Assembly: GCF_001194135.2 (NCBI RefSeq)
Contig: NC_068987.1
Location: 24,517,587-24,581,586, forward strand
Reading direction: 5' to 3'
DNA: 64,000 nucleotides
Source of the DNA: Octopus bimaculoides
Taxonomy: Eukaryota
The position numbers and the translations under genes were made by a program. Of this stretch, positions 37,243-49,049 are shown piece by piece (position 1 is the first letter of the stretch; each line of letters starts with the position of its first letter). The notes beneath the pieces are model-generated. The model was given only the letters and a program-made list of their open reading frames with translations, was not told the DNA's origin and did no database searches.

Positions 37243-39003
37243 TTTGACAGAGACTCCCGATCCCTTATCTGGTGGTCAATGAAGTAACTAGGGATAGATG
37301 AATGGTTAGTGAGAGCTGTGCGAGTCATGTACAGGGATGCTGTCAGTAAGGTGAGGGTTGGCTACGAGTACAGTGAAGAATTCCGGGTAGAGGTAGGGGT
37401 CCACCAAAGTTCAGTCCTTAGCCCCCCTCCTATTTATCATAGTTCTATAGGCAATAACACAGGAATTCAAGACAGGATGCCCCTAGGGGCTCCTCTATGC
37501 TGATGACCTTGCTCTAATTGCTGAGTCACTATCAGAATTAGAGAAGTTTCAGGTGTGGAAGCAAGGATTAGAATCGAGGGGCCTTAGAGTCAACCTAGAT
37601 AAAACCAATGTCCTAATAAGTATGAAGGCAGACAAACCTCAAATCCCTTCAGGTAGATGGCCCTGCTCAATCTGTATTAAAGGCGTAGGTAGAAAGATGT
37701 ACCCAGTGTAAGCTATGGACACATAAGAGGTGCAGCGATATCAAAGGAAGGCTAACTAGCAAGATAGTTTTTGTATGTGGCAGATGCTCAGGAGCAATAT
37801 ACACTGAAAATATGCAGAGAACAACTTCTGCCATGTTCGAGGGAGAAAAACTAGAAGTAGTTGATAGCTTCCGTTACCTAGGTGACCAAGGAGGGTGCGC
37901 TGAAAGTGTAGCTGCTAGAATAAGAATAGCTTGGGCAAAGTTCAGAGAGCTCCTACCTCTGCTGGTGACAAAGGGTCTCTCGCTCAGAGTAAAAGGTAGA
38001 CTGTATGATGCATGTGTACAAACAGCCATGCTACATGGCAGTGAAACATGGGCCGTGACTGCTGAGGACATGCGTAAGCTCACAAGGAATGAAGCCAGTA
38101 TGCTCCGATGGATGTGTAATGTCAGTGTGCATACTTGACAGAGTATAAGTACCTTGAGAGAAAAGTTGGACCTAAGAAGCATTAGTTGTGGTGTGCAAGA
38201 GAGATGATTGTGCTGGTAGGGTCATGTGACGAGAATGGATAGCTGTGTGAAAAAGTGCCACACCCTAGCGGTTGAGGGAACCTGTGGAAGAGATAGACCC
38301 AGGAAGACCTGGGATAAGGTGGTGAAGCATGACCTTCGAACATTAGGCCTCACCAAGGCACTGACTAGTGACCGAGACCTTTGGAAATATGCTGTGTGTG
38401 AGAAGACCCAGCAAGCCAAGTGAGACCAAAACTCTTGGCCTTTGCCAGGTGTTTTTTATGTGCTACCAGCCCACTTATGTGTACCTTTCCTTCATTGGAC
38501 ACTAAACTCTGCTTGCAAAGACCTGTTGAGGCAATTGAAATTGAACCAAATTCGATGACTGGCACCTGTGCCAGTGGAGTGCTGACAGCACCATCCGAGC
38601 ATGATCATTACCAGAGCAGCTGTCTGGCTTCCGTGCTGGTGGCATGTAAAAAGCACCATTTGTTACCAGCGTCGTCTTACTGGCACTTGTGCAGGTGCCA
38701 CATGAAAAAACATTTGAGCGAGGTCGTTGTCAGTGCCGCTAGACTGGCTCCTGTGCAGGTAGCACATAAAAAACACCATTTGCGCGTGGCTGTTGCCAGT
38801 ACCACCTGACTAGCCCTCGTGCCAGTGGCACATAAAAGCATCCACTACACTCTCGGACTGGTTGGCGTTAGGAAGGGCATCCAGCTGTAGAAACTCTGCC
38901 AGGTCAAATTGGAACCTGGTGCAGCCATCTGGTTCGCCAGTCCTCAGTCAAATCGTCCAAACCATGCTAGCATAGAAAGCAGACATTAAACTATGATGAT
39001 GAT
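37243..39003 (+). mobile_element. 5'-truncated RTE LINE with repeat-rich 3' UTR and (GAT)n tail
   Basis: VEVGVHQ, LYADDL, VVDSFRYLGD, GRDRPRKTW; ends gacattaaactatgatgatgat. Confidence 0.92.
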
Positions 39004-40426
39004 AATATATTCTCTGCCAGTTTGCCTATGAACCTGCTATACCTTGTGTCCATTGTATGGACTTTATACCACACAATGTGCATACCTAATGAGTTTATAC
39101 CCATACGATATAGTTTATACCTATATCTTGTATCCATTGTATGGAATTTTTACCCACTCCTTTCTGCGTATTGAGCAAGACCATTTCTCTGAAGCATACC
39201 AGGGCCCTTTCTACTTTCCCAGTTACTAAAACCATTGTCTTTCTAATTCTTGAGAAGATCAGCACATGTCAGTGAAACTGAGTTCTAGAAGTGCTGTGTG
39301 CCCCACCCACACATAAGAAAATTTCTCACACACCCTATCACAACAAACCAAACCACATCTCTTCTCTTCTTCCCATTTCCAAATCATGCACTATGCTTAC
39401 TGCCCACTCCCCAATCCTTGCTCTCTTGGCCCTGTCTCACTGTATTATTGCTATTTGCTAGCCCCGGACCTGTGTGTTCCACCCATATGTAATAAGAAAA
39501 CTTTTCACACACATGTAACAAGAAAACTTTGCACACATCCTACCCCAACAAACCAATCTACATCTCTTCTGTTCCTCACATTTCCTCCTTCGTGCACTAT
39601 GCCAACATCTCACTCCCCAATTCTGTCCTCATTGCCATTTCTTTGTTTCATTGCTATCTGGTGGCCCTATCACACACTATATATATATATATATATATAT
39701 ACANNNNNNNNNNACACTATATATATATATATATATATATATACACGTAGATTTTCACCACTCACTTCTCCTCTCCACTCTTCTAATCACGCTTCTTTGG
39801 CAATATCCTGCAACTTACATTATGACTTTTGAACCTTAAGGGTATGCCCTGGCACTTGCCATTATCTATATCGCTCTCTGCCTTTACTTGACCATCTCAT
39901 TTATATTCTGATCCCTTACTTTTGTGAGTATGCTCAACACTGCCACCATCTTTATCCTGCTGTCTCTCACATGCTCTCTCCTTCTCCTGCACTTCCCTCA
40001 GGTTGGGTAACCATGTATCTCCTTTGTAGCAGCACACCTGTTTCTGTCTACATTCCTGAAAGTTGTTGGCATTTGGAAGGGCATCCAGCTGTAAAAACCA
40101 TGCCAAAACTGACCTTGACTGTGCTTGTGCCACGTAAAAAGTAAGTCCACTCTGCTGGGTGGTTGGTGTTAGGAAGGGCATCCAGCTGTACAAATACTGC
40201 CAAAACGGTCATAGAAGTCTGGTGCAAGCCTCTGCCTGGTCAGCTCCTGTTAAACTGTTCCACTCATGCCAGCATGGAAGGTGAATGTTAAACAATGATG
40301 ATGATGATGAATTCCCCAACAGACTCCAACTGACATAAAAGTAAACATTATATATATGTGTGCATGTGTGTGTGAAAGAGAGAGACGATAAGCTGTAAAT
40401 AGTATATTTAGAAATCATATACTTAC

Positions 40427-40574
40427 CCTTTTGTCACGAGCTTTTTCAAAAGCTAATTCAGCTTTTGTCTGTTTTTCAACAACATTTCGAAGAGAAGGAT
40501 CTAGAACTTCTGAGTCACTGGAAACTTTTTCCAGTGATTTCTTCAATTTTTTTGATTTGGATCCAGAACTTTTC
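40427..40574 (-). CDS. FAM32A: FAM32A exon 2 (KSSGSKSKK...KQTKAELAFEKARDKR)
   Basis: tag|G...AGG|gtaagt boundaries; 148 nt; the TKAELAFEK motif matches the family TPAQAAFEK motif; in frame with the downstream exons. Confidence 0.9.
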
Positions 40575-40603
40575 CTATTAAAAACAAATAGTAATAATAA
40601 TAA

Positions 40604-41070
40604 TCCTTTCTACTGGAAGCACAAGGCCTCAAATTTGGGGGAAGGGATTAAGTTGATTACATCAACCCCAGTGTGTAACTGGTACTTATTTAAATCAACC
40701 CTGAAAGGATGAAAAGTAAAGTCGACCCCGTCAACTGCCTTTAAATAATAATAATAGTAATAATGGTTCCAAATTTTGCCACAAGGGCAGCAATTTTGGG
40801 GGAGGGGAAAAGTCGATTGCATCGACCCCAGTGCGTAACTGGTACTTATTTAATCGACACCGAAAGGATGAAAGGCAAAATCGACCTTGACAGAATTTGA
40901 ACTCAGAACATAGCAAGAGGTGAAATACTGCTAAGCATTTCGTCCAGCGCGCTAACGATTCTGCTAGCTCGCCACCTTAATAATAATAACAATCCTTTCT
41001 ACTATAGGCACAAGGCCCGAAATTTTTGAGGAGAGGGGCCAGTCTATTAGATCGATCCCAGTATGCAACT
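40604..41070 (-). mobile_element. Tandem cluster of Meta/MESC-domain-like SINEs (one full copy at about 40770-40980 plus truncated copies) with (TAA)n spacers
   Basis: Conserved ctgagttcaaattctg...gtcga(c/t)tttgcctttcatcctttc...aaataagtaccagt body; tRNA-like head. Confidence 0.7.
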
Positions 41071-41136
41071 CGTATGTTTTAGATCGATGTATAGATGTAT
41101 TTATATATGTAAGTATACTGTAAAGTGTTAATATGT

Positions 41137-41450
41137 ATCATCATCATCGTTTAACGTCCGCTTTCCATGCTAGCATGGGTTGGATGATTTGACTGAGGAC
41201 TGGTGAAACCGGATGGCAACACAAGGCTCCAGTCTGATTTGGCAGAGTTTCTACAGCTGGATACCCTTCCTAACGCCAACCACTCAGAGAGTGTAGTGGG
41301 TGCTTTTACGTGTCACCCGCACGAAAACGGCCACGCTCGAAATGGTGTCTTTTATGTGCCACCCGCACAAGCCAGTCCAGGGGCACTGGCAACGATCTCG
41401 CTCGAAAATCCTACAGGAGCCAGTCAGGCGGTACTGGCAACGGCCATGTA
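41137..41450 (-). mobile_element. RTE 3'-UTR copy
   Basis: catcatcatcgtttaacgtccgctttccatgctagcatggg tail. Similar copies at about 4815-5045, 6930-7090, 39990-40310 and 63555-63780. Confidence 0.85.
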
Positions 41451-41848
41451 TAATATATAAAATATATAATATAAAAATATGTTAGTGTTATTTAATTTCT
41501 GAACGGTTTTGCTGCCATTTGTTTATGTATTTTGATTTCTTTATCCATCAGTTTCTACTAAGATAGAGATACGAGCAAAATCAAAACTGAAGAAACAAAA
41601 ATAAAACTTTGGAAACAGCCTAAAAGGAGATAATTGAGAATCACATGAAAGTTAACGTAAGCTGTAATCATGTAAAGTAAATATAACAAATAATCTAGGA
41701 TCCTTGTCTAGTACCGGATCGATCCCAAAATCTAATCATTTCGTGCCAGTTACCCGAATCCATCCAGTGGTTCTTGAGATATCTTGTCCACGGACAAACA
41801 AAGAAACACAACTGAAAACTACCTCCACCTTAATGGTAACAACAACAA

Positions 41849-42045
41849 CAATTGTCGATAATTTTTCAGATTGAAACCCGCACGATTTTCACTAGGGTGT
41901 TCGAGTTAGCGTTTTAGGGTCAGGGTTAGGGTAAGTGTTAGGGTTACGGTTTTAGGATCAGGGTTAGGGTTTTAGGGTTAGGGGTTAAGTTTAAGGTTAG
42001 GGTTAGGTAATCGTGCGGGTGTTAATCTGAAAAATTACCCAATTG
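41849..42045. mobile_element. MITE of about 197 bp with a degenerate (TTAGGG)n core
   Basis: 29-bp inverted repeats at 41859-41887 and 42009-42037, CAATTG on both outer sides, enclosing TTAGGG/TCAGGG/TTTAGG variants. Confidence 0.75.
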
Positions 42046-42801
42046 TCTTTCCGAAGATGATAAAGCACAGCCAAGTTCTGGGTTCAATTTAACTGACTAT
42101 ACCCTCCATCCAAATGTGTGACATTTAAAAATTATTTTCTCACCCCCAAAGAGATTGAAAGAAACATTGTTGCTGTTGTTTAGCTCCTCTCCAACTCAAG
42201 TCCAATATGTTTTTTTCTTTTCCAGGAAGTAGGTTTGGCCAGCTATACAAGCTGGATTTGAATTCAGAGGAGACATTCAAAACATAACATACCAGCTGGT
42301 TTGACAGCAGCATTTGGTCATTGGATGCTTGTTGCAGAGTACACTGTGTTTTCTCTCCTTTTTCATTTGATATTCAAGTTGAGTATCAGTCACAACAATC
42401 TCAACAACCCTCTTTTCTCAAACTATGTAATTTCATATACCAGGGTTTTGTTACGAAGGTGTGAGGGCACACATTTATAATAGAGGGGAAGTGTTAGAAT
42501 ATATGCTAAGATGTAAACAAAAACAACAGAAAAATACACAAAAGAAAATACAATTATTATAATTTACTGCATTATAATTGAAGTCAAAGGTTCATACCTT
42601 CCTTAATGATATTAGAGATGCAAAAGATGTGAAATGGCTATCCATGATTAGAAACCATGTACCACGTTTAGATATTTTAAAATCTGACAAAAATGTTAAC
42701 AATAGAAACAAGACCATAAATATTAGGAGTAGGGAAATGTCACTTATTTTACTTAACTGTTTTTTCTTTTTATCACCCAGGTAATGATGAAAAGTAATGT
42801 C

Positions 42802-42838
42802 GGCATAACTACAGGGTTTTACCCGCCAGAGTTATGCC
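42802..42838. mobile_element. 37-bp Merlin-type micro-element
   Basis: GGCATAACT...AGTTATGCC with perfect 8-bp TSD GTAATGTC at 42794-42801 and 42839-42846. Confidence 0.8.
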
Positions 42839-43538
42839 GTAATGTCAACAATGAAGAGATTCAAATTCTGATTCTGCTAATTCACAACCTTACGTGGTAG
42901 CTCGACCTGTTAGAAATAGCAACCAAATCTCTCTCACGTCACAACCTTACTGTCTTAATTAATGAAAATTAAAAAAAATTACATAATGATACCCCTACAA
43001 ACACGGCATAGTTAGGGATGAATTTAATCAAAAGCCAATTTTAACAAGGTTGATTTACGGCTAAACAAAAATAGACGCTCTTGGTATTCCAAAGAATACC
43101 CTTATTTTATGGACTCCGAAAGGATGAAAGACAAAGTCGACCTCGGCATAATAATAATTTCTTTACTAACCATAAAGGGTTGACAGAAACATTGGGAATG
43201 ATAGAGGGCGATAGTGTGAGATTATGTAGAGGTGTGTGGGAAAAGGTAAACAATTAGGAAGCAAAAAAAAATTAAAAGAAGAAATAATTCCCCCAAAAGA
43301 TGGAAGACCTTTGAAGACTATTCGTGGAAATCCCACAAAAGCACGGTCACCCAGAACAGTAAGGGAAGTGCCCTCTCTCTGTTACTGCTGGTTTGAGTTG
43401 ATTCTTTGGCTACTGACAGCTAATACCATGACTGGCCGGAGCGAGCTATCTGTCTGTCTCTATCTATCTATCACTCGAAAGTTATTGGAACAAATTTGAC
43501 ACCTATATCCATGCGTTTGAAAACACACAGAGTATAAG

Positions 43539-43612
43539 GGTACTACTAAAGCAGAGTGGTCCCGAACGCGCAGTCGCGCGTCCGCGCTAGCTAGTCGTGA
43601 GTGGTCGATCCT
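43539..43612. mobile_element. Single TIR arm of the same MITE family as 24205
   Basis: GGTACTACTAAAGCAGAGTGGTCCC...GCTAGCTAGTCGTGAGTGGTCGATCCTA matches the 24205 TIR. Confidence 0.8.
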
Positions 43613-44378
43613 ATTATTTTTAAACTTCAAACTTCATTTGTTTTCTATTTTGATAAATTCTCTCTGTTGAAAATTATATTTTTATATTTTAAATAATTTG
43701 CAATTTCAGAAAATATATTTTTATATTANNNNNNNNNNNNNNNNNNNNNNNNNNNNNNNNNNNNNNNNNNNNNNNNNNNNNNNNNNNNNNNNNNNNNNNN
43801 NNNNNNNNNNNNNNNNNNNNNNNNNNNNNNNNNNNNNNNNNNNNNNNNNNNNNNNNNNNNNNNNNNNNNNNNNNNNNNNNNNNNNNNNNNNNNNNNNNNN
43901 NNNNNNNNNNNNNNNNNNNNNNNNNNNNNNNNNNNNNNNNNNNNNNNNNNNNNNNNNNNNNNNNNNNNNNNNNNNNNNNNNNNNNNNNNNNNNNNNNNNN
44001 NNNNNNNNNNNNNNNNNNNNNNNNNNNNNNNNNNNNNNNNNNNNNNNNNNNNNNNNNNNNNNNNNNNNNNNNNNNNNNNNNNNNNNNNNNNNNNNNNNNN
44101 NNNNNNNNNNNNNNNNNNNNNNNNNNNNNNNNNNNNNNNNNNNNNNNNNNNNNNNNNNNNNNNNNNNNNNNNNNNNNNNNNNNNNNNNNNNNNNNNNNNN
44201 NNNNNNNNNNNNNNNNNNNNNNNNNNNNNNNNNNNNNNNNNNNNNNNNNNNNNNNNNNNNNNNNNNNNNNNNNNNNNNNNNNNNNNNNNNNNNNNNNNNN
44301 NNNNGTGTGTGATATATTATCACACACACACATAATCACGAACGCTAACTCTATTAGAACAAATTTACAACATAAGTT

Positions 44379-44390
44379 GATGACGTCATC
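44379..44390. promoter_or_regulatory. 12-bp CRE/ATF palindrome GATGACGTCATC, possibly in the FAM32A promoter
   Basis: Perfect TGACGTCA in a CpG-retaining patch just upstream (minus-strand sense) of the gap that may hide exon 1. Confidence 0.35.
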
Positions 44391-44504
44391 GTTAAAGCAC
44401 GAAAACGTAGTATACATAATATTATAGTTTCTTCTTAGGAGCTACGGATCTTTAGAAATCTCTCCTAAATATTCTTTCCCTTCAAAGTAAAAAATCTCTA
44501 CAGA

Positions 44505-44750
44505 AACAATAATAATAATAATAACACATTCTGGTTTTATTGGCCACGAGGGCAAATAGAAATCAAAAACATGTATAAACAAACACAGGACGAAAAATAC
44601 AAAGGGTTTTGCGAAAAAGAAAGGTCCGTGTAAACAGAAAACAGCGAAAAATATAACAATTAGAAAGAACTCCCAATAGGGTGAGGCGCTTTGAAAGGTT
44701 ACTCGTGGAAAAACACTTAAAAGCTACTGGAGCCTGGTCAAAAGGGGAGA
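44505..44750 (-). mobile_element. Probable L1/Tx1 3' UTR fragment
   Basis: T-rich minus-strand tract ending ...gtggccaataaaaccagaatgtg followed by (TTA)n. Confidence 0.45.
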
Positions 44751-46498
44751 GTGCCCCTTCTCATTTTATATTCTCTTTTTTTTTACAGGTGTAACCTCAG
44801 AATTGGTTCGTTCATACTGGCTATTTTACCGACATTCACCCACCTTTCAATAAATTTGCTACGAGACAGCACTTTCTCTAGCAGGTCATGCAACCACATA
44901 CAGACTCCCGTCGTTTGTCTGTCTCAGTAATAATTTTGTTGTTGTTTAGCCTCAAATCAACCCTGATACAGCAAACCTATCATCAAAGACATTCCAGCCT
45001 TCTTTAGGGATAATCTAGGACATTACGTACAATAGGCGTGTGATTTAGGTAGGGGGATATTTTGGTTGCTATTTTGGTAAATTTTTTGTGTAGCACCTGT
45101 ACGATTTTCACTAAGAAAAAAACAAAACTCGGATTTTTTTGCGTGGAATCAAGTACCGTGACCTAATATGCTGCAAATTCCTTATTTTGGTTCGGAAAAA
45201 AGGGGCGGGCGAAGGGGACACCCCCGTCCCAGATCATTNNNNNNNNNNNNNNNNNNNNNNNNNNNNNNNNNNNNNNNNNNNNNNNNNNNNNNNNNNNNNN
45301 NNNNNNNNNNNNNNNNNNNNNNNNNNNNNNNNNNNNNNNNNNNNNNNNNNNNNNNNNNNNNNNNNNNNNNNNNNNNNNNNNNNNNNNNNNNNNNNNNNNN
45401 NNNNNNNNNNNNNNNNNNNNNNNNNNNNNNNNNNNNNNNNNNNNNNNNNNNNNNNNNNNNNNNNNNNNNNNNNNNNNNNNNNNNNNNNNNNNNNNNNNNN
45501 NNNNNNNNNNNNNNNNNNNNNNNNNNNNNNNNNNNNNNNNNNNNNNNNNNNNNNNNNNNNNNNNNNNNNNNNNNNNNNNNNNNNNNNNNNNNNNNNNNNN
45601 NNNNNNNNNNNNNNNNNNNNTCGTTGAATGAATTCCTGTGACCTAATATGCTACAAAACCCTTTTTGGGGTTCGAAAAACGGGGTAGGGTGAGGTGGAAG
45701 CCTCGGAAATTTTACCCACTCCCAATATTTTACAGAAATAAATTTTTCAGAGTGTGAATTTCATCCTTTCTGTTTTTCTATCCCACCCTTTCCCTATTCT
45801 TCTCTCCCTTTCACCGTTCCCTCTCTCTCTCTCTCTCACTCTTCCTCCTTGACCCTTTCGTCGCTAACTTGTGACGAAAGGGATTCTTTCTTTCTATCCG
45901 CTGGCTTCCTATGGAGAAGACGTGATTTTTCTGTCTCTTGTCTCTTCTCTCATTCCAGTATCTCTACTAAAGCCTCAGGCCGACCAAAGCCTTGTCAGTG
46001 AATTTGGTAGATGGAAACTGAAAGCTCACTGTGCATATGTATGTATGTATGCATACATTTGTGTGTCTGTGATTGTCCCCCAACCATCACTTGACAAACG
46101 ATGTTGGTGTGTTTATGTCCTTGTAACTTCACAGTTTGGCAAAAGAGACTGATAGAAAAAGTACTAGGCATATAAAAAATAAGTCCTGGGGTCAATTTGT
46201 TTGACTAAAGGTGGTGCTCCAGCATGGCTGCAGTCAAATGAGTGATACAAGTAAAAGAGTAATGAGTAAATAATTAAAAATAAGATAAACCTGCATTAGA
46301 CTCTACACTTTGGCAATTCTTCAAGTCTTTAACCTACAGATTTCTCTATCAGATGTAATGCTTATCTGTTCACATTGTTTGGAATTAATCATGCATTGTC
46401 TTGATAGCCACAAGATATTGATGGTGTGTATTTTTAGAGTAACATTATTGGGTAACTGTGACAAGCCAGATGTTGCTGGTTTGAACATAAAACAAGTA

Positions 46499-47761
46499 TT
46501 GGGTTGTCTGGAAAGTTCATGCCGATATTTAAAGGAAAGAAAAAGGTCAATAAATACTTGTCATTACATTTTTAATCAACCAAATATGAACCATTTTGTT
46601 GCACAATGTGTCTCCATCTTTCCTTTAACTTGAAAATCCCCTCTTCCCAGAATTGAGGTGGTTTCATGGCAAAGAATTCATCAAGGTATCTTTTTACGTC
46701 TTCCAAGGAATTGAAATTTTTACCATTAAGACTATTCTGCAGAGACCTGAATAAGTGGAAATTCGAAGGAGCAATATCTGGTGAATATGGAGGGTGGGGT
46801 GACACATCCGAGCCGAGCTGCAGCAATTTTTGTCTGGTTCCCCAAAAAACATGTGGTCTTGCATTATCAGGTTGGAAAACAACACCCTTCCTGTTGGCCA
46901 ATTCTAGACGTTTCTCTTGAGTTGCTGCGTTTAACTCGTCCAGTTGTGTGCAGTATTTCTCAGAATTAATTGTCTGGTTACTTGGGAGAAGCTCATAGTA
47001 CAGAATTCCTTTCCAATCCCACCAAACACAAAGCAAGACTTTTTTAGGCTGAAGACCCACTTTGGGGTGGCTAAGGGTGGCTCATGTCGCTTACTCCAGG
47101 ATCGCTTTCTCTGAACATTCCAGTAGATAATCCATTCCTCATCACCTGTCACAATTTGTTTTAAAAAAGGCATGTTTTCATTCCGTTTATAAAGCAAATC
47201 ACAGATGGAAATGAGATCCAAAAGATTGTTCTCATGTGGTACTCAAACATCGTTGCGATTTGTGTACCCAAGCTTTACCAGGTGCTCATGAATGACGGAT
47301 GAGGCTTTCTGCCAATTCTTGGGTTGTGCAATGTGGGTTATTCTCAATTAATGACTTGATTTGGTCATCATCTGTAGTGGATGGTCTGCCTGATTGCTCT
47401 TTATCAATAAGGCTACAATCTCCAGCTCGGAACCTTGTGAACCACTTCCATACAGTTCTTTCAGATAAAGGAACATCACCATAAACTACGCATATTTCTT
47501 TGGTTACTTGCGAGGCATTTTTCCCTTTATGGAAAAAGAAAAGCATCAAGTGCCAAAAATGAACTTTCTTATCTTCCATTTTAAAGGGTTACAGAATTAA
47601 CACAGGTTATAGGAACATAAACCTTCTTCCATGAAAAGATAGCTTAAGCTGTGCTCTAAATGGAGGTGTAGTCAAATCCTATTTTATGGACTCAACCATG
47701 TTCTAAAATAAGTTGAAAAGTAAGCTACTATAAATCGGCACGAACTTTCCGGACAACCCAA
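46499..47761 (-). mobile_element. Full-length mariner (D,D34D) transposon, 1263 bp, inactive
   Basis: About 27-bp TIRs TTGGGTTGTCYGGAAAGTTCRTGCCGAT; TA TSD at 46497-46498 and 47762-47763; frameshifted ORF with GDEEW, PDNARPH and YSPDIAPSNF (third catalytic Asp changed to Asn). Confidence 0.96.
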
Positions 47762-47806
47762 TAGAATATTTAGGCCAGTTATGACCAGTTTAAATGCTAA
47801 AGAGTT

Positions 47807-48112
47807 AATTCATAGAAATAGTTGAAATAACTTGAAAGCATTTAATTTTTTACATTAGATGTTTGTAAATATGAAGTGCTGACTTTTACCGTTTTAGCTT
47901 ATTCATGGATACAGAAGATTCTCATCATCACCATCATCATGGTTTAATGTCCACCTTAAAACAATGATGATGATGATGATGACGATGATGATGACAATAA
48001 TCTTCTGTATCTATGAATAAGCTAAAATGGTAGTGGTCAGCACTTCATATTTACAAACAACTAATATAAAGAATTAAATGCTTTCAAGTTATTTCAACTA
48101 TTTCTTTGAATT
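47807..48112. repeat. Foldback repeat with about 110-bp arms around two opposed RTE-tail remnants
   Basis: 47807-47919 is the reverse complement of 48001-48112; the centre is (CAT)n...(GAT)n. Confidence 0.8.
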
Positions 48113-48381
48113 AGACTCACTGAATTCATATCAAATCAAATAAACATTCATTTAATGCTACATTGCACCAATTTTTGAACCTTAAGCTTGGGGAGGAATT
48201 TTATGCAATTAACTGAAGTTTATTTTAATTTGTATTTGGTTAATTATATATTTGATACTAAGTTCTTTGGCATTATGAAAAATTATGCAATTAACTGAAT
48301 TATTCAGTTAATCAGTATGTAATTATATACTGAATTATGTTTGAATAAACAAAGTACATAAAACAGTTAAAGTTTATATAC

Positions 48382-48547
48382 AGGTGCAGGAGTGGCTGTG
48401 TGGTAAGTAGCTTGCTTACCAACCACATGGTTCCGGGTTCATTTCCACTGTGTGGCACCTTGGGTAAGTGTCTTCTACTATAGCCTCGGGCCGACCAAAG
48501 CCTTGTGAGTGGATTTGATAGACGGAAACTGAAAGAAGCCTGTCATA

Positions 48548-48586
<39 letters not shown>

Positions 48587-48790
48587 GTGTGTTTGTCCCC
48601 CCAACATCGCTTGACAACCGATGGTGGTGTGTTTAGGTCCCTGTAACTTAGCGGTTCGGCAAAAGAACCGATAGAATAAGTACTAGGCATCCAAAGAATA
48701 AGTCCTGGGGTCGATTTGCTCAACTAAAGGCAGTGCTCCAGCATGGCCGCAGTCAAATGACTGAAACAAGTAAAAGAGTAAAAAGAGTAA
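48382..48790 (+). mobile_element. Best-preserved copy of an abundant tRNA-derived CORE-type SINE (OR2-like)
   Basis: tRNA-like head (gtggctgtgtggtaag...ggttccgggttc), CORE motif ccttgggtaagtgtc, internal (TA)n and conserved 3' half. Other copies or halves at about 425-752, 1640-1800, 4200-4800, 11960-12130, 22815-23095, 32515-32830, 45965-46262, 58575-58750 and 63930-64000. Confidence 0.85.
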
Positions 48791-49049
48791 TATATATACA
48801 CACATGTAAATAATAGTTACGCACAACACAGTGAGTATTTGAGAGCACACAGTAGTTTTAAAGTAGTTAAACTACAGTTTTTAAAGCCTTTCACCGGGGA
48901 TTCTTAAACTAGTATGAATACATTTTGTTATTTTTGTTTTTTGTACATAGAAAAATAAAGAAGACTTCCTTGACACATTTCACAGTTTGTTAACCAGAGG
49001 ATGTAGATTAGTCTAGCCATTAGAGTTAAATTCTTCTTTATGTTTGGTA

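Noticed and set aside
39301-39676. Degenerate ~180-200-bp tandem duplication
   Set aside because: Low identity, no coding or structural signal; left unclassified.
41890-42010. True telomere or chromosome-fusion site
   Set aside because: Short, degenerate, single orientation and enclosed by TIRs.
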